From positions 1,472,001-1,536,000 of the forward strand of contig OZ244720.1 of assembly GCA_965219085.1 (NCBI GenBank): 64,000 nt of DNA. The letters are read 5' to 3'. A model generated the notes under the pieces. That model saw only the letters and a program-made list of their open reading frames with translations. It searched no databases and was not told the DNA's origin. Positions 47,112-60,952 of the stretch are shown here, piece by piece. A program made the translations under genes and the position numbers. The DNA is from Dehalococcoidia bacterium. GTDB lineage: Bacteria > Chloroflexota > Dehalococcoidia > UBA2979. The number at the start of each line of letters is the position of its first letter. Positions within the stretch are counted from its first letter, which is position 1.

Positions 47112-47579
47112 GTGCGTCGTAACCGAGCCGAACGCCGCCCCGTCGATCCCGACCCGCGATTCCAGTCGCGGCTCGTCACCGCGTTCACCAACAAGGTGCT
47201 GATGAACGGCAAGAAGAGCGTGGCCGAGCGCATCGTCTACAGCGCCCTCGACCGCGTCGAGGGAACGTCGGGCCGGCCCGGCATCGATGTGTTCGAGCAG
47301 GCCGTGCGCAACGTCACCCCGGTGATCGAGGTCAAGCCGCGCCGCGTAGGTGGCGCGACGTACCAGGTACCGGTGGACATCCGTGCCGAGCGCCGTCAGG
47401 CGCTCGCTCTGCGCTGGCTGCTCAGCGCGGCGCGCGGCCGCAACGGCCGCTCCATGGAGGAGCGGCTGGCAGCGGAAGTGCTCGACGCCGCGAACAACAC
47501 GGGCGTCGCCGTACGACGCAAGGAGGAGACGCACCGGATGGCGGAGGCCAACCGTGCGTTCGTCCACTATCGCTGGTAA
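47112..47579 (+). CDS. rpsG: 30S ribosomal protein S7
   Basis: [26 protein letters not shown]. Confidence 0.98.
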   Translation: MRRNRAERRPVDPDPRFQSRLVTAFTNKVLMNGKKSVAERIVYSALDRVEGTSGRPGIDVFEQAVRNVTPVIEVKPRRVGGATYQVPVDIRAERRQALALRWLLSAARGRNGRSMEERLAAEVLDAANNTGVAVRRKEETHRMAEANRAFVHYRW

Positions 47580-47690
47580 GCGCCGGACTTCCGGCAAGCA
47601 CGCCCCCGGCCTGTGCCGGGGGCGAAATCATGCAGGAGAGCTGCGGACGGTCAGGCGGGACCGCCGCGTGTCGAGGGAGCAATCAGCGGC

Positions 47691-49784
<2,094 letters not shown>

Positions 49785-49825
49785 TCCGAAGACCCACGGG
49801 GTTCGAGGGCAGACGGGAGCGGGAC

Positions 49826-51025
49826 ATGGCGCGAGGGAAGTTCGAGCGGACGAAGCCGCACGCCAACGTCGGGACGATTGGTCACGTCGACCACGGCAAG
49901 ACGACGCTCACGGCGGCGATGACGAAGGTGCTGGCGCTGCGCGGCGAAGCCGAGTTCCGGGAGTTCGACTCGATCGACAACGCCCCGGAAGAGAAGGCGC
50001 GCGGGATCACGATCGCGATCGCCCACGTCGAGTACGAGACCGACGCCCGTCACTACGCACACGTCGACTGCCCCGGGCACGCCGACTACATCAAGAACAT
50101 GATCACCGGCGCCGCGCAGATGGACGGCGCGATCCTCGTCGTCGCGGCGCCCGACGGCCCGATGCCGCAGACGCGCGAGCACCTGCTGCTGGCGCGCCAG
50201 GTCGAGGTCCCGGCGGTCGTGGTCTTCCTCAACAAGGTCGACATGATGGACGACGAGGAGCTCTTGGAGCTCGTCGAGCTGGAGATGCAGGACCTGCTCA
50301 CCACCTACGAGTTCCCCGGCGACGACGTGCCGATCATCCGCGGCTCGGCGCTACAGGCGCTCGAGTCGACCTCGGAGGACCCCGGCGCGCCCGAGTACGA
50401 GTGCATCTGGCAGCTCATGGAGGCGGTCGACAACTACATCCCGCAGCCGGCGCGCCCGAAGGACGAGCCGTTCCTGATGCCGATCGAAGATGTGTTCGGC
50501 ATCAAGGGCCGCGGCACGGTCGTGACGGGGCGCATCGAGCGCGGCGTGGTGGCCGTGGGCGACTCGGTCGAGATCGTGGGCATCAAGGAGACCGAGACGA
50601 CGGTCGTGACCGGCGTCGAGATGTTCAAGAAGCTGCTCGACACCGGTGAGGCCGGCGACAACGTCGGGTGCCTGCTGCGCGGCGTGGACCGCGAGGACGT
50701 CGAGCGCGGTCAGGTGCTGGCGCAGCCGGGCTCGATTACCCCGCACCGCAAGTTCAGTGGCGAGGTGTACGTGCTCTCCAAGGAGGAGGGTGGGCGGCAC
50801 ACGCCGTTCTTCACCGGGTACCGGCCGCAGTTCTACGTGCGCACGACCGACGTGACGGGCGTGGTGACGTTGCCGAGCGGCACCGAGATGGTGATGCCCG
50901 GCGACAACGTGACGGTGGACATCGAGCTGATCACGCCGATTGCGATCGAGGATGGGCTGCGCTTCGCGATTCGCGAGGGCGGCCGCACCGTCGGCGCAGG
51001 CGTCGTGACCGGTATCAACGAGTAG
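49826..51025 (+). CDS. tuf: elongation factor Tu
   Basis: [29 protein letters not shown]. Confidence 0.99.
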   Translation: MARGKFERTKPHANVGTIGHVDHGKTTLTAAMTKVLALRGEAEFREFDSIDNAPEEKARGITIAIAHVEYETDARHYAHVDCPGHADYIKNMITGAAQMDGAILVVAAPDGPMPQTREHLLLARQVEVPAVVVFLNKVDMMDDEELLELVELEMQDLLTTYEFPGDDVPIIRGSALQALESTSEDPGAPEYECIWQLMEAVDNYIPQPARPKDEPFLMPIEDVFGIKGRGTVVTGRIERGVVAVGDSVEIVGIKETETTVVTGVEMFKKLLDTGEAGDNVGCLLRGVDREDVERGQVLAQPGSITPHRKFSGEVYVLSKEEGGRHTPFFTGYRPQFYVRTTDVTGVVTLPSGTEMVMPGDNVTVDIELITPIAIEDGLRFAIREGGRTVGAGVVTGINE

Positions 51026-51060
51026 GCAACCGGCGGACGGAACCGCCCGAGGAGTCCTGA

Positions 51061-51375
51061 GTGGTAGCTGCGCGTCAACGGATACGGATTCGGCTCAAGG
51101 CCTACGATCACCGCGTGCTGGACCGCTCGGCGGCCCAGATCGTGGAGACGGCCGAGCGGACGGGCGCGCAGGTGGCGGGCCCGGTGCCGCTGCCCACGCG
51201 GATCCGCAAGTACACCGTGATCCGCTCGCCATTCATCGACAAGGACTCCCGCGACCAGTTCGAGATCCGCACGCACAAGCGGCTGATCGACATCTTCGAT
51301 CCGACCTCGCGGACGGTGGACACGCTGATGCGGCTGCAACTGCCGTCCGGCGTCGACATCGAGATCAAGCTGTAG
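51061..51375 (+). CDS. rpsJ: 30S ribosomal protein S10
   Basis: [22 protein letters not shown]. Confidence 0.98.
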   Translation: MVAARQRIRIRLKAYDHRVLDRSAAQIVETAERTGAQVAGPVPLPTRIRKYTVIRSPFIDKDSRDQFEIRTHKRLIDIFDPTSRTVDTLMRLQLPSGVDIEIKL

Positions 51376-51388
51376 GGCGGCGGTCGAG

Positions 51389-52225
51389 ATGATTCACGGG
51401 ATGCTGGGCCGCAAGGTGGGCATGATGCGCCTCTACGACGGCGCCGGCCGCGCGCGCGGCGTGACCGCCATCCAGCTCGGCCCGAACCGTGTCACGCAGC
51501 TCCGCACCGAGGAGCGCGACGGCTACACCGCCGTGCAGGTCGGCTTCCGGGGCAACCGCAAGCGGGTCAACCGCCCCTCGCGTGGCCACCTCCGCACCGC
51601 CGACCTCGAGGGCGAGACCCTCACGCTGCTGCGCGAGTTCCCCGCCGACAACCTCGACGACCACGCCCTCGGCGAGGTCATCACCGTCGGGCAGTTCGAG
51701 GCGGGCAGCTACGTCAACGTGAGCGCCACGTCCAAGGGCCGCGGATTCGCCGGCAGCGTGAAGCGCTGGGGATTCCACGGCGGCCCGAAGACGCACGGCC
51801 AGTCCGACCGCCACCGCGCGCCGGGCTCCGTCGGCGCGGGCACCACGCCGGGCAAGGTCTTCAAGGGCCAGAAGATGGCCGGCCACATGGGCGCCCGCAC
51901 GGTCTCCGTGCTGAACCTGCTCGTGGTCGCCACCGACCCCTCGCGCGACCTGCTGTTCGTCGAGGGCTCCGTGCCGGGGCCACCGAACGGCCTGGTGCAG
52001 GTCACGCCCGGCCGCAAGGCCGCACTCCCCGACTACGAGCCGCCCGAGATCGTAGCGGCGGACGAGGCGACCGAGATCGCAGCGGCGGACGAGGCGGTCG
52101 AGATCGCACCGGCGGACGAGGCGGTCGAGGTCCCGGCCGACGAACCGGCCCCCGAGGCCGCCGAACCTGCAGCCGTCGAGGCCGAGGACGGCGACACCGA
52201 GACAGCGGAAGAGCAGGACGAGTAG
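51389..52225 (+). CDS. rplC: 50S ribosomal protein L3 with acidic tail
   Basis: DGYTAVQ, SKGRGF, RAPGS, KMAGHMG. Confidence 0.97.
   Translation: MIHGMLGRKVGMMRLYDGAGRARGVTAIQLGPNRVTQLRTEERDGYTAVQVGFRGNRKRVNRPSRGHLRTADLEGETLTLLREFPADNLDDHALGEVITVGQFEAGSYVNVSATSKGRGFAGSVKRWGFHGGPKTHGQSDRHRAPGSVGAGTTPGKVFKGQKMAGHMGARTVSVLNLLVVATDPSRDLLFVEGSVPGPPNGLVQVTPGRKAALPDYEPPEIVAADEATEIAAADEAVEIAPADEAVEVPADEPAPEAAEPAAVEAEDGDTETAEEQDE
52046..52144 (+). repeat. 27-nt coding repeats (EIAAADEAV) in the L3 tail
   Basis: GAGATCG..GCGGACGAGGCG about 3.5 copies. Confidence 0.75.
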
Positions 52226-52227
52226 CG

Positions 52228-52899
52228 ATGCAACTCGCGGTGCGCGACGCACAGGGCGCGGGCCTCGACCCGATCGAGGTCGATGACGCCGTCTTCGGCA
52301 TCGAGCCGAACGCGGCCGTGGTGCACCAGACGCTGGTGGCGCAGCTCGCCGCGCGCCGCGGCGGCAACGCCAGCACGAAGTCGCGCGGCGAGGTGCGGGG
52401 CTCGACGGTCAAGGTGCGACGCCAGAAGGGCCTCGGCATGGCGCGAGTCGGTTCGAATCGCTCGCCCATCCGCCGCGGCGGCGGCGTCGCCTTCGGCCCG
52501 AAGCCGCGCTCGTACGCGCAGCGCCTGCCGAAGCGCATGCGCCGGCTCGCGATCCGTTCCGTGCTCTCCAGCCGTGTCGCCGAGGGTCGTCTGCACGTGG
52601 TCGACAGCCTGGCGATCGAGGAGCCCTCGACGAAGGCGGCGACGGCGCTGCTGGCGCAGCTCGGTATCGAGCGTTCGGCGCTTGTGGTGACCGGCGAGCC
52701 GGACCGCGCGGCGGTGCTGTCGACGCGCAACATCCCCGGCGTGCGCGCGGTGCCCGCCGACGTGCTGAACGTGGCGGACATGCTCGCGCACCGTACCCTC
52801 GTGCTGACGGTCGACGCGGTGCGTCGCGCCGAGGCGCTGTGGGGCGGGGAGCGCGCGAGCGGCCGGGCGATCGGCGACTCGATGGCGGCGGAGGTCTAG
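52228..52899 (+). CDS. rplD: 50S ribosomal protein L4
   Basis: TKSRGEVRG, RQKG, GGGVAFGPKPR. Confidence 0.97.
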   Translation: MQLAVRDAQGAGLDPIEVDDAVFGIEPNAAVVHQTLVAQLAARRGGNASTKSRGEVRGSTVKVRRQKGLGMARVGSNRSPIRRGGGVAFGPKPRSYAQRLPKRMRRLAIRSVLSSRVAEGRLHVVDSLAIEEPSTKAATALLAQLGIERSALVVTGEPDRAAVLSTRNIPGVRAVPADVLNVADMLAHRTLVLTVDAVRRAEALWGGERASGRAIGDSMAAEV

Positions 52900-52903
52900 C
52901 GCG

Positions 52904-53200
52904 ATGCCGAAGGCGATGCACCCGCTACAGGTGCTCAAGCGCCCCGTCGTCACCGAGAAGACGACGATGCTCGGCGGGCTCGGCCAGTACGTGTTCGAGG
53001 TCGACACCCGCGCGAACAAGCCACAGATCGCCGAGGCGGTCGAGACGGCGTTCGACGTCAACGTGGTCAAGGTGCGTACGATGATGGTGCGCGGCAAGAC
53101 GAAGCGGTTCGGGACGCGTATTTCGACGTCACCGGCATGGAAGAAGGCCGTCGTGACGCTGGCGCCCGGCGAACAGATCCAGTACTTCGAGGGGGTGTAG
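52904..53200 (+). CDS. rplW: 50S ribosomal protein L23
   Basis: PVVTEK, ANKPQI, WKKAVVTL. Confidence 0.97.
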   Translation: MPKAMHPLQVLKRPVVTEKTTMLGGLGQYVFEVDTRANKPQIAEAVETAFDVNVVKVRTMMVRGKTKRFGTRISTSPAWKKAVVTLAPGEQIQYFEGV

Positions 53201-53203
53201 GCG

Positions 53204-54046
53204 ATGCCACTGCGGACCTACAAGCCAACCTCGCCCGGCCGTCGCAACGCGATGGGCCACACGTTCGATGAGATCACGAAGAAGCGCCCGGAGAAGCGCC
53301 TGCTGGCGACCAAGAAGCAGAACGCGGGCCGCAACCGTGACGGCCGCATCTCCGTGCGCCACCGCGGCGGTGGCCACAAGCGGCGCATCCGCATCATCGA
53401 CTTCAAGCGCGACAAGGACGGCGTGCCGGGCCGCGTCGCGGCGATCGAGTATGACCCCGGGCGCAGCGCCCGGATCGCGCTGATCTTCTACGCCGACGGC
53501 GACAAGCGGTACATCATCGCGCCGGACCGGCTGCGTGTGGACGACACGGTGGTCGCCGGCCCCGGCGCCCCGATCGCGCCGGGGAACTCGCTGCTGCTCC
53601 GCGACATGCCGCCGGGCACGATGGTGCACAACGTGGAGTTGCAGCCCGGACGTGGCGGGCAACTCGCGCGCTCGGCCGGGGCGGGCATCCAGGTGATGGC
53701 GCGCGACAGCGGCTATGTGCTGTTGCGCATGCCGTCGGGCGAGATGCGCCAGGTGCTGGAGAGCTGCCGGGCGACGGTCGGGACCGTCGGCAACCCGGAG
53801 CACGCGCTGATCAAGCTTGGCAAGGCGGGCCGCAACCGCCACCGCGGGCGACGTCCGCAGGTGCGCGGCTCGGCGATGAACCCGGTCGACCACCCGCACG
53901 GGGGCGGCGAAGGCAAGGCCCCGGTGGGCCTGCCCGGGCCGAAGACGCCGTGGGGCAAGCCCGCGCTGGGTTATCGGACGCGCCGCAACAAGCGCACGGA
54001 CCGGTACATCGTGCGCCGGCGCACGCGCGGCGGGCGGAGGCGCTAG
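53204..54046 (+). CDS. rplB: 50S ribosomal protein L2
   Basis: [25 protein letters not shown]. Confidence 0.98.
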   Translation: MPLRTYKPTSPGRRNAMGHTFDEITKKRPEKRLLATKKQNAGRNRDGRISVRHRGGGHKRRIRIIDFKRDKDGVPGRVAAIEYDPGRSARIALIFYADGDKRYIIAPDRLRVDDTVVAGPGAPIAPGNSLLLRDMPPGTMVHNVELQPGRGGQLARSAGAGIQVMARDSGYVLLRMPSGEMRQVLESCRATVGTVGNPEHALIKLGKAGRNRHRGRRPQVRGSAMNPVDHPHGGGEGKAPVGLPGPKTPWGKPALGYRTRRNKRTDRYIVRRRTRGGRRR

Positions 54047-54048
54047 CG

Positions 54049-54333
54049 ATGTCTCGATCGACGAAGAAGGGGCCGTACGTCCACCCGAGCCTGATGAAGC
54101 AGGTAGAGGCGGCGCAGCGCTCCCAGAACAAGCAGGTGATCCGCACCTGGTCGCGGGCCTCCATGGTGATGCCGGAGATGGTCGGCATGACCATCGCGGT
54201 ACACGACGGGCGTCGCCACGTGCCGGTGTTCTGCACCGAGAACATGGTGGGGCACAAGCTGGGCGAGTTCGCCTTCACGCGCACGTTCCGCGGCCACCGC
54301 GGCCGCAGCGAGTCGAGTTCGAGGGTTCGGTGA
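54049..54333 (+). CDS. rpsS: 30S ribosomal protein S19
   Basis: [21 protein letters not shown]. Confidence 0.97.
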   Translation: MSRSTKKGPYVHPSLMKQVEAAQRSQNKQVIRTWSRASMVMPEMVGMTIAVHDGRRHVPVFCTENMVGHKLGEFAFTRTFRGHRGRSESSSRVR

Positions 54334-54674
54334 TGGAAGTGCGCGCCGTCGCTCGTCATCAGCGCGTGTCGGCCCGCAAGGTGCGGCTGGTGCTGGACGT
54401 CATCAAGGGCATGCCGGCGGACCAGGCGTTGACGACGCTGCAGTTCATGCCGCAGCCCTCGGCGCGCATCGTGTGGAAGACGCTCCGTTCGGCCATGGCC
54501 AACGCGGAGAACAACTTCAACCTCAATCCGGACGGGCTGGTGGTGAAGAGTGCGATAGCGGGCGACGCGCGCACGTTGCGGCGCTTCAAGGCGCGCTCGC
54601 GCGGCCGCGCGGCGCCACGGCTCAAGCGTTACAGCCACATCGAGATTGTCGTCGACGGCGAGGGGGCGTTCTGA
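54333..54674 (+). CDS. rplV: 50S ribosomal protein L22
   Basis: SARKVRLV, SAMANAENN, RSRGR. Confidence 0.97.
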   Translation: MEVRAVARHQRVSARKVRLVLDVIKGMPADQALTTLQFMPQPSARIVWKTLRSAMANAENNFNLNPDGLVVKSAIAGDARTLRRFKARSRGRAAPRLKRYSHIEIVVDGEGAF

Positions 54675-55342
54675 TGGGTCGCAAGGTTCACCCCTACGGC
54701 TTCCGCATGGGGATCACCAAGGACTGGCAGGCGAAGTGGTTCAGTGAACGCGGCTACGCGGACCTGGTCCACGAGGACTTGCGCATGCGCAAGGTGGTGC
54801 TGGACCGCCTGCCGGACGCGGGCATCTCCGAGATCATCATCGACCGCAACGCGAACCAGCTCACGCTGACGGTGAAGACCGCGAAGCCCGGCATCGTGAT
54901 CGGCCGCGGCGGCGCGAACGTCGAGCAGCTCCGCAACGCGCTCGAGATGGCGACCGACCGGCGCGTGCGGCTCAACATCGAGGAGATCCGCGTGCCGGAG
55001 ACAGACGCGTACCTCGTCGCGCGGTCCGTGGCGGACCAGCTGGAGCGGCGTGTGGCGTTCCGGCGCGCGATGAAGCAGTCGGTGCAGCGCACGATGCAGC
55101 GCGGCGCCGAGGGCTGCAAGATCAAGATCGGCGGTCGGCTCGGCGGCGCGGAGATGTCGCGCTCCGAGTACGAGCTGCAGGGGCGCGTGCCGCTGCACAC
55201 GCTGCGCGCGGACATCGACTACGGTCAGGCGGAGGCGCGCACCACGTTCGGCATCGTGGGCGTGAAGTGCTGGATCTACAAGGGCGACATCGCCCCCGAG
55301 CAGTCGCCGTTCGCCATCGCCGGCACCGAGGAAGCGGAGTAG
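54674..55342 (+). CDS. rpsC: 30S ribosomal protein S3
   Basis: [27 protein letters not shown]. Confidence 0.98.
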   Translation: MGRKVHPYGFRMGITKDWQAKWFSERGYADLVHEDLRMRKVVLDRLPDAGISEIIIDRNANQLTLTVKTAKPGIVIGRGGANVEQLRNALEMATDRRVRLNIEEIRVPETDAYLVARSVADQLERRVAFRRAMKQSVQRTMQRGAEGCKIKIGGRLGGAEMSRSEYELQGRVPLHTLRADIDYGQAEARTTFGIVGVKCWIYKGDIAPEQSPFAIAGTEEAE

Positions 55343-55346
55343 CGCG

Positions 55347-55760
55347 ATGTTGATGCCGCGTCGCGTCCGCTACCGCAAGCAGCACCGTGGCAAGCGCCGC
55401 GGGATGGCGCACTCGGGCAACTACGTCGCCTTCGGCGAGTGGGGCCTGCAGGCGCAGACCACGGGCTGGGTGGACGCGCGCCAGATCGAGGCAGCGCGAC
55501 GCGCCATCACCGGGTCGCTGCGGCGCGGCGGCAAGGTGTGGATCCGCGTGTTCCCGGACAAGCCCGTTACCAAGAAGCCCGTCGAGACGCGCATGGGCAA
55601 GGGCAAGGGCAACCCGGACCACTGGGTCGCCGTGGTGAAGCGTGGCCGTGTGATCTTCGAGGTCGCGGGAGTGCCCGAGGATGCGGTGCGGGAAGCGTTC
55701 CGGCGCGCGCACCACAAGCTCTCCGTCGACACCAAGATCATCGCGCGCGAGGAGGCGTAA
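55347..55760 (+). CDS. rplP: 50S ribosomal protein L16
   Basis: QIEAAR, RVFPDKP, RMGKGKG. Confidence 0.98.
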   Translation: MLMPRRVRYRKQHRGKRRGMAHSGNYVAFGEWGLQAQTTGWVDARQIEAARRAITGSLRRGGKVWIRVFPDKPVTKKPVETRMGKGKGNPDHWVAVVKRGRVIFEVAGVPEDAVREAFRRAHHKLSVDTKIIAREEA

Positions 55761-56023
55761 TGCCAGCGGCAGACGTCCAGGACCTCCGCGCCATGTCAGA
55801 CGCCGACCTCCGCAACGAGCTGGAGGAGACGCAACGCGCGCTGTTCAACCTGCGGTTCCAGGCGTCGACGCGCCAGCTCGCGGACGTCTCGCAGATCCGC
55901 GGCGCCCGTCGCCGCGTGGCCCGCATCAAGACGTTGCTGCACCAGCGTGAGCTCCTGGCCGAGTACGGCGAGCTGGTCGAAGCAGCCGCCGCGTCCGGCG
56001 ACGACGCGGACCAGGAGGAGTAA
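55760..56023 (+). CDS. rpmC: 50S ribosomal protein L29
   Basis: LFNLRFQ, RRRVARIKT; short acidic tail. Confidence 0.95.
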   Translation: MPAADVQDLRAMSDADLRNELEETQRALFNLRFQASTRQLADVSQIRGARRRVARIKTLLHQRELLAEYGELVEAAAASGDDADQEE

Positions 56024-56026
56024 GCC

Positions 56027-56812
56027 GTGGTCCAGGCCGAACGACTGGTCAACCGCAAGCGGCGCACCGGCACCGTGGTGTCGTCGACGAACGACAAGAC
56101 GGTGATCGTTGCCGTCTCGCGCGCGACGCGCCACCGCCTCTACCGCAAGGTGATCCGCCAGACGAAGCGCTACGCCGTGCATGACCCCGACAACCTCGCG
56201 ACCGTTGGCGACCTCGTGACGATCGAGGAGTCGCGGCCGATCAGCAAGACCAAGCACTGGCGGCTCGTCGATGTGATGACCGAGCGTGACGTGGCCGAGG
56301 TGGCCCCGACGAGCCTCGACGAAGCGCTGGTCGACGAGATGCAGCGCACCGCCGCCCGCGCGGCCGCCGAGGCCGGTGAGGCCGGCGGCGCCGGCGCCGA
56401 CGCCGCCGCGCGCGCAGCCGCCGACATGGGGCCGGCCGCGACGGAGCCCGCCACCGCTGATGTGGAGCCCGCCGCGACCGAGCCCGCCACCACTGAGGTG
56501 GAGCCGGCCGAGACGGAGCCCGCGACCGCTGAGGTGGAGCCCGCCGCGACCGAGCCCGCCACCACTGAGGTGGAGCCGGCCGAGACGGAGCCCGCCACCG
56601 CTGAGGTGGAGCCCGCTGAGGTGGAGCCCGCCACCACTGAGGTGGAGCCGGCCGCGACCGAGCCCCCGACCGCTGAGGTGGAGCCCGCCGAAACGGAGCC
56701 CGCCACCGCTGAGGTGGAGCCCGCCGAAACGGAGCCCGCCCCCACTGCGGTGGAGCCCGCCGAAACAGAGCCCGCCGAGGACGGCGACAACGAACGTGGA
56801 GCCGGGTCGTGA
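56027..56812 (+). CDS. rpsQ: 30S ribosomal protein S17 with long repeat tail
   Basis: [31 protein letters not shown]. Confidence 0.95.
   Translation: MVQAERLVNRKRRTGTVVSSTNDKTVIVAVSRATRHRLYRKVIRQTKRYAVHDPDNLATVGDLVTIEESRPISKTKHWRLVDVMTERDVAEVAPTSLDEALVDEMQRTAARAAAEAGEAGGAGADAAARAAADMGPAATEPATADVEPAATEPATTEVEPAETEPATAEVEPAATEPATTEVEPAETEPATAEVEPAEVEPATTEVEPAATEPPTAEVEPAETEPATAEVEPAETEPAPTAVEPAETEPAEDGDNERGAGS
56429..56779 (+). repeat. 36-nt in-frame tandem repeat (EPA[A/E]TEPAT[A/T]EV), about 9 copies
   Basis: GAGCCCGCCACC(G/A)CTGAGGTGGAGCC units visible in the sequence. Confidence 0.92.
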
Positions 56813-57180
56813 TCCAGCAAGAGAGCCGTCTCAAGGTCGCGGACAACTCCGGCGCACGCGAGTTGCTGTGCATCCGCGTGCTGGGTGGGAGCGGGCGCCG
56901 CTATGCCGGCGTCGGTGACCTGATCGTCGCGACCGTCAAGGACGCGCAGCCCAACAGTCCCGTGCGCAAGGGCGAGGTCGTGCACGCGGTCGTCGTGCGT
57001 ACCGCGCACCCCGTGCAGCGCCCGGACGGCTCAACCATCAAGTTCGACGACAACGCCGCGGTCGTCCTCGAGAGCCGCGACGGCAACCCGCGCGGCACGC
57101 GCATCACGGGTCCCGTGGCGCGGGAGCTGCGCGACCGCCAGTTCATGCGCATCGTCTCGCTCGCTCCGGAGGTGCTGTGA
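56809..57180 (+). CDS. rplN: 50S ribosomal protein L14
   Basis: VADNSGA, FDDNAAV, GTRI, SLAPEVL. Confidence 0.98.
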   Translation: MIQQESRLKVADNSGARELLCIRVLGGSGRRYAGVGDLIVATVKDAQPNSPVRKGEVVHAVVVRTAHPVQRPDGSTIKFDDNAAVVLESRDGNPRGTRITGPVARELRDRQFMRIVSLAPEVL

Positions 57181-57497
57181 TGGCGGCCCGGGTGAAGCGC
57201 AACGACACGGTCCAGGTGATCGCGGGCAAGGACCGCGGGCGCCGCGGTTCGGTGCGGCAGGTGTTGCCGAAGAACGACCGCGTGATCGTGACCGGGATCA
57301 ACATGGTGAAGAAGCATCGCCGGTCGCAGAATCCGACGACCCCGTCGGACATCATCGACCTCGAGGCGCCGCTGCACCTCTCCAACGTGATGCTGGTCTG
57401 TCCGTCCTGCGACGCGACCACGCGAGTAGGGTTCCAGGCGCTGGATGGCGGCGGCAAGACGCGCGTCTGCAAGCGCTGCGGCGACGCAATCGACTAG
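57180..57497 (+). CDS. rplX: 50S ribosomal protein L24
   Basis: [17 protein letters not shown], CxxC pairs. Confidence 0.97.
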   Translation: MAARVKRNDTVQVIAGKDRGRRGSVRQVLPKNDRVIVTGINMVKKHRRSQNPTTPSDIIDLEAPLHLSNVMLVCPSCDATTRVGFQALDGGGKTRVCKRCGDAID

Positions 57498-57511
57498 GGG
57501 TACGAGTACTG

Positions 57512-58072
57512 ATGGTCACGGCGACAAAGCCCCGGCTGCGACAGCGCTACGAGGACGAGATCCACGGCGCGCTCATGCGCGAGTTCGGCTACTCGAACCC
57601 GATGGAGGCGCCGACCCTGCGCAAGATCGGGGTCAACATCGGCCTCGGGGAGGCGCTCGACAACGGCCGCGCGATCGACAGCGCGACCCAGGATCTGCGG
57701 TTGATCACCGGGCAGAAGCCGGTGGTGACACGGGCCAAGCGGGCCATCTCCAACTTCCGGCTGCGCGAGGGCAACGCGATTGGCCTCAAGCTGACGCTGC
57801 GCCGCGACCGCATGTGGGAGTTCTACGAGCGGCTGGTGCACATCGCGCTGCCGCGCGTACGCGACTTCCGCGGCGTCTCGCCGAACTCATTCGACGGACG
57901 CGGGAACTACTCGCTCGGGGTGACCGAGCAGGTGATCTTCCCGGAGGTGAGCTTCGACAGCATCGAGCGCGTGCGGGGGCTGCAGATCAACGTGATCACC
58001 TCGGCGCGGACAGACGAAGAGGGCAAGCGGCTCCTGGAGCTGCTGGGCATGCCGTTCGCGCGGGCGCAGTAG
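57512..58072 (+). CDS. rplE: 50S ribosomal protein L5
   Basis: [22 protein letters not shown]. Confidence 0.98.
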   Translation: MVTATKPRLRQRYEDEIHGALMREFGYSNPMEAPTLRKIGVNIGLGEALDNGRAIDSATQDLRLITGQKPVVTRAKRAISNFRLREGNAIGLKLTLRRDRMWEFYERLVHIALPRVRDFRGVSPNSFDGRGNYSLGVTEQVIFPEVSFDSIERVRGLQINVITSARTDEEGKRLLELLGMPFARAQ

Positions 58073-58113
58073 CGCACGCGCTTCGGGATGCATGAGTACG
58101 GAGGAAGAGACGG

Positions 58114-58317
58114 ATGGCGCGCAAGTCGCTGATTGCGGCCGCGAACCGCGAGCCGAAGTACTCGAGCCGCAAGGTGAACCGCTGCCCTGTGGTGTGGCGC
58201 AACCGGCCGTGCGGTCGTGCCCGGGCGTTCATGAGACGCTTCCAGATGTGCCGGATCTGTTTCCGGACGCTGGCCAACCAGGGCAAACTGCCCGGCGTTC
58301 GCAAGTCGTCGTGGTAA
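58114..58317 (+). CDS. rpsN: 30S ribosomal protein S14 (Zn type)
   Basis: NRC-x8-CGR...CRICFR...PGVRKSSW. Confidence 0.95.
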   Translation: MARKSLIAAANREPKYSSRKVNRCPVVWRNRPCGRARAFMRRFQMCRICFRTLANQGKLPGVRKSSW

Positions 58318-58357
58318 GCACGGCGAAGCACGGCGGAGAGGGGACGAGCACGAACCG

Positions 58358-58756
58358 ATGAGCATGTCTGACCCCCTGGCCGACATGTGCACGCGCATCC
58401 GCAATGGGCTGGGCGCGCGCCATGACTCGGTCCGCGTACCCGCCTCCAAGCTGAAGCAGGCGATCGCCGACGTCCTGCAGTCCGAGGGCTTCATCGCCGG
58501 CTACTCGGAGGAGCAGGAGGGCAGCCGCAGCTATCTGCGGCTGCGCCTCAACTACCTCTCCGACCAGCAGGCCGCAATCGGCGGTATCCGGCGCGTCTCG
58601 CGCCCCGGCCTGCGCGTATACGTGAACCGCCGCGAGATCCCGAGGGTCTACGGCGGCCTCGGCGTGGCCGTGATGAGCACCTCCCAGGGCGTGATGACGG
58701 GACAGGAAGCCTGGCGCCGCAAGGTCGGCGGCGAGGTCCTGTGCTACGTCTGGTAG
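58358..58756 (+). CDS. rpsH: 30S ribosomal protein S8
   Basis: [28 protein letters not shown]. Confidence 0.98.
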   Translation: MSMSDPLADMCTRIRNGLGARHDSVRVPASKLKQAIADVLQSEGFIAGYSEEQEGSRSYLRLRLNYLSDQQAAIGGIRRVSRPGLRVYVNRREIPRVYGGLGVAVMSTSQGVMTGQEAWRRKVGGEVLCYVW

Positions 58757-58779
58757 CCGGATAGGCAGGCAGAACAACG

Positions 58780-59313
58780 ATGTCTCGCGTGGGCAAGCAG
58801 CCGGTTCCCGTCCCCGACGGCGTGCAGGTGCAACTCGACGACGGCGTGTGCCGCGTGCAAGGGCCGCGCGGCGAGCTGTCGCAGGCACTGCACCGCGAGA
58901 TGGACGTGCAGCTCGACGACGGCGCCGTCGTCGTCACGCGGCCGTCCGACGCGCCGAACCACCGCGCGCTGCACGGGCTGACACGCTCGCTCATCGCCAA
59001 CATGGTGGAGGGCGTGACGCAGGGCTTCACGAAGTCCCTCGAGATTGTCGGTACCGGGTACCGCGCCGAGCTGCGCGGGGACAGCCTGGTGCTGAACGTC
59101 GGCTTCTCGCACCAGGTCGAACTGCAGCCGCTCGACGGCGTTACGTTCGAGGTGGAGACGGCGACACGCGTGCACGTGCACGGCATCGACAAGCAGGTGG
59201 TGGGGCAGCAGGCGGCGCTGGTGCGTCGCGTGCGGCCGCCCGAGCCGTACCAGGGCAAGGGCATCCGCTACCGTGGCGAGCAGGTCCGGCGCAAGGCCGG
59301 GAAGCGCGGCTAG
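58780..59313 (+). CDS. rplF: 50S ribosomal protein L6
   Basis: [22 protein letters not shown]. Confidence 0.98.
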   Translation: MSRVGKQPVPVPDGVQVQLDDGVCRVQGPRGELSQALHREMDVQLDDGAVVVTRPSDAPNHRALHGLTRSLIANMVEGVTQGFTKSLEIVGTGYRAELRGDSLVLNVGFSHQVELQPLDGVTFEVETATRVHVHGIDKQVVGQQAALVRRVRPPEPYQGKGIRYRGEQVRRKAGKRG

Positions 59314-59324
59314 GAGCGCTCGCG

Positions 59325-59693
59325 ATGAGCAGCAGCCAGAACACACGCCGCGCGGGGCGGCTGCGCCGTCACCGGCGCCTCCGCAACCGCGTCGCCGGCA
59401 CCGCCGAGCGTCCGCGCCTTGCCGTGTACCGCTCGGCGCAACACATCTACGCGCAGGTCATCGACGACCGCGCCGGGCACACGCTCGCGTCAGCCTCGGA
59501 CCTCGATCCGGCGCTGCGCGAGAACGGCAGCGGGACGAAGACGGATCGCGCACGCGCCGTGGGCACGCTGCTCGCGCAGCGCACGCGCGAAGCGGGGCAC
59601 GAGGCCGTGGTGTTCGACCGCGGCGGCTTCGCCTTCAAGGGCCGTGTGCGCGCGCTGGCCGAGGCCGCGCGCGAGGAAGGGCTGGTCTTCTGA
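59325..59693 (+). CDS. rplR: 50S ribosomal protein L18
   Basis: [21 protein letters not shown]. Confidence 0.97.
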   Translation: MSSSQNTRRAGRLRRHRRLRNRVAGTAERPRLAVYRSAQHIYAQVIDDRAGHTLASASDLDPALRENGSGTKTDRARAVGTLLAQRTREAGHEAVVFDRGGFAFKGRVRALAEAAREEGLVF

Positions 59694-60265
59694 TGGTGCA
59701 GCAGCGCGGCGGGCGCGACCGAGGCGACCGCGACCGTGATCGCGGCGGCCGGGGCCGGCGCGGCGACCGTCGCCGCGACGCCGAGCCCGAGGGCCCCGAA
59801 TACATCGAGAAGGTCGTGGACATCAACCGCGTCGCGAAGGTCGTCAAGGGCGGGCGGCGCTTCTCCTTCACCGCCGTCGTCGTCGTCGGCGACGGGGCGG
59901 GGCGCGCCGGCTTCGGCATGGGCCGCGCCAACGAGGTGCCCGAGGCGATCCGCAAGGGCGGCGTCATCGCACGGCGCTCGATGATCCAGGTGCCGATGCG
60001 CGAGGGCACGATCGTCCACGAGCTGGTGGCGCGCTTCAAGGCGTCGAAGATCGTGATGCGGCCGGCCGCGCCGGGCGCGGGCATCATCGCCGGTGGTGCC
60101 GTGCGCGCGATCATGGAGGCGGCGGGCGTGACCGATGTGCTCACGAAGTCGCTCGGCTCCAACAACCCCGTGAACGTGGTGCGCGCGACCATCGACGGCC
60201 TCAACTCGCTGCGCGACCCGGAGCAGGCGGTGGCCGCCCGGCGCGCACTGGTGGGTGCGGAGTAG
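59693..60265 (+). CDS. rpsE: 30S ribosomal protein S5
   Basis: [25 protein letters not shown]. Confidence 0.97.
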   Translation: MVQQRGGRDRGDRDRDRGGRGRRGDRRRDAEPEGPEYIEKVVDINRVAKVVKGGRRFSFTAVVVVGDGAGRAGFGMGRANEVPEAIRKGGVIARRSMIQVPMREGTIVHELVARFKASKIVMRPAAPGAGIIAGGAVRAIMEAAGVTDVLTKSLGSNNPVNVVRATIDGLNSLRDPEQAVAARRALVGAE

Positions 60266-60269
60266 CAAG

Positions 60270-60452
60270 ATGGCGAAGCTGCGCATCACCTGGGTCAAGT
60301 CCGGCATCGGCTACGCCGAACGCCAGAAGCGCACGATCCGTGCGCTGGGGCTCAAGCGTCTCCACCACAGCGTGGAGCACGACGACAACCCCACCATCCG
60401 GGGTATGGCGCACAAGGTGCGGCACCTGGTGACCCTCGAGGAGGTCGAGTAG
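60270..60452 (+). CDS. rpmD: 50S ribosomal protein L30
   Basis: KSGIG, ALGLKR, IRGM..KV.HLV. Confidence 0.96.
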   Translation: MAKLRITWVKSGIGYAERQKRTIRALGLKRLHHSVEHDDNPTIRGMAHKVRHLVTLEEVE

Positions 60453-60949
60453 TGGACCAGCACACGCTCCGGCCGCCGGCCGGCGCGAAGCGGCCGCGGC
60501 TGCGGCGCGGCCGCGGTAACGCCTCCGGCAAGGGCACGTACTCAGGCCGCGGGCTGAAGGGCCAGAAGGCGCGCAGCGGCGGCAAGGTGCGGCCGGGCTT
60601 CGAGGGCGGGCAGATCCCGCTGATCCGCCGCATCGCGCACAAGCCCGGGTTCCGCAACCCGTTCCGCACCGAGTTCCAGGCCGTGAACCTGCGCGACCTC
60701 GAGGCGCGCTTCGAGCCGGGCGCCGTCGTCGACGGCGAGTCGCTCGCCGCCCTACGGCTCATCGACGACCCCGACGAGCTCTTCAAGGTGCTGGCCAAGG
60801 GCGAGCTGACGCACGCGCTCACGGTGCGCGCGCCGCGCCTCTCCGCCTCCGCGAAGGAGGCGATCACGGCTGCCGGTGGCAGCTTCCAGGAACTGGCCCC
60901 GGCCGTGCGCAGGGTGCGCAACCGCATCCACCGGCGCGGGGAGAACTAG
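60452..60949 (+). CDS. rplO: 50S ribosomal protein L15
   Basis: GRG.KGQKARSG, FEGGQ.PL. Confidence 0.97.
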   Translation: MDQHTLRPPAGAKRPRLRRGRGNASGKGTYSGRGLKGQKARSGGKVRPGFEGGQIPLIRRIAHKPGFRNPFRTEFQAVNLRDLEARFEPGAVVDGESLAALRLIDDPDELFKVLAKGELTHALTVRAPRLSASAKEAITAAGGSFQELAPAVRRVRNRIHRRGEN

Positions 60950-60952
60950 ACC

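Noticed and set aside
47581-47623. Two GC hairpins between rpsG and fusA as a terminator
   Set aside because: No U-tract and inside an operon; at most a processing or stability element
56429-56779. 36-nt periodic repeat resembling a CRISPR array
   Set aside because: No unique spacers, in-frame within rpsQ, no cas genes
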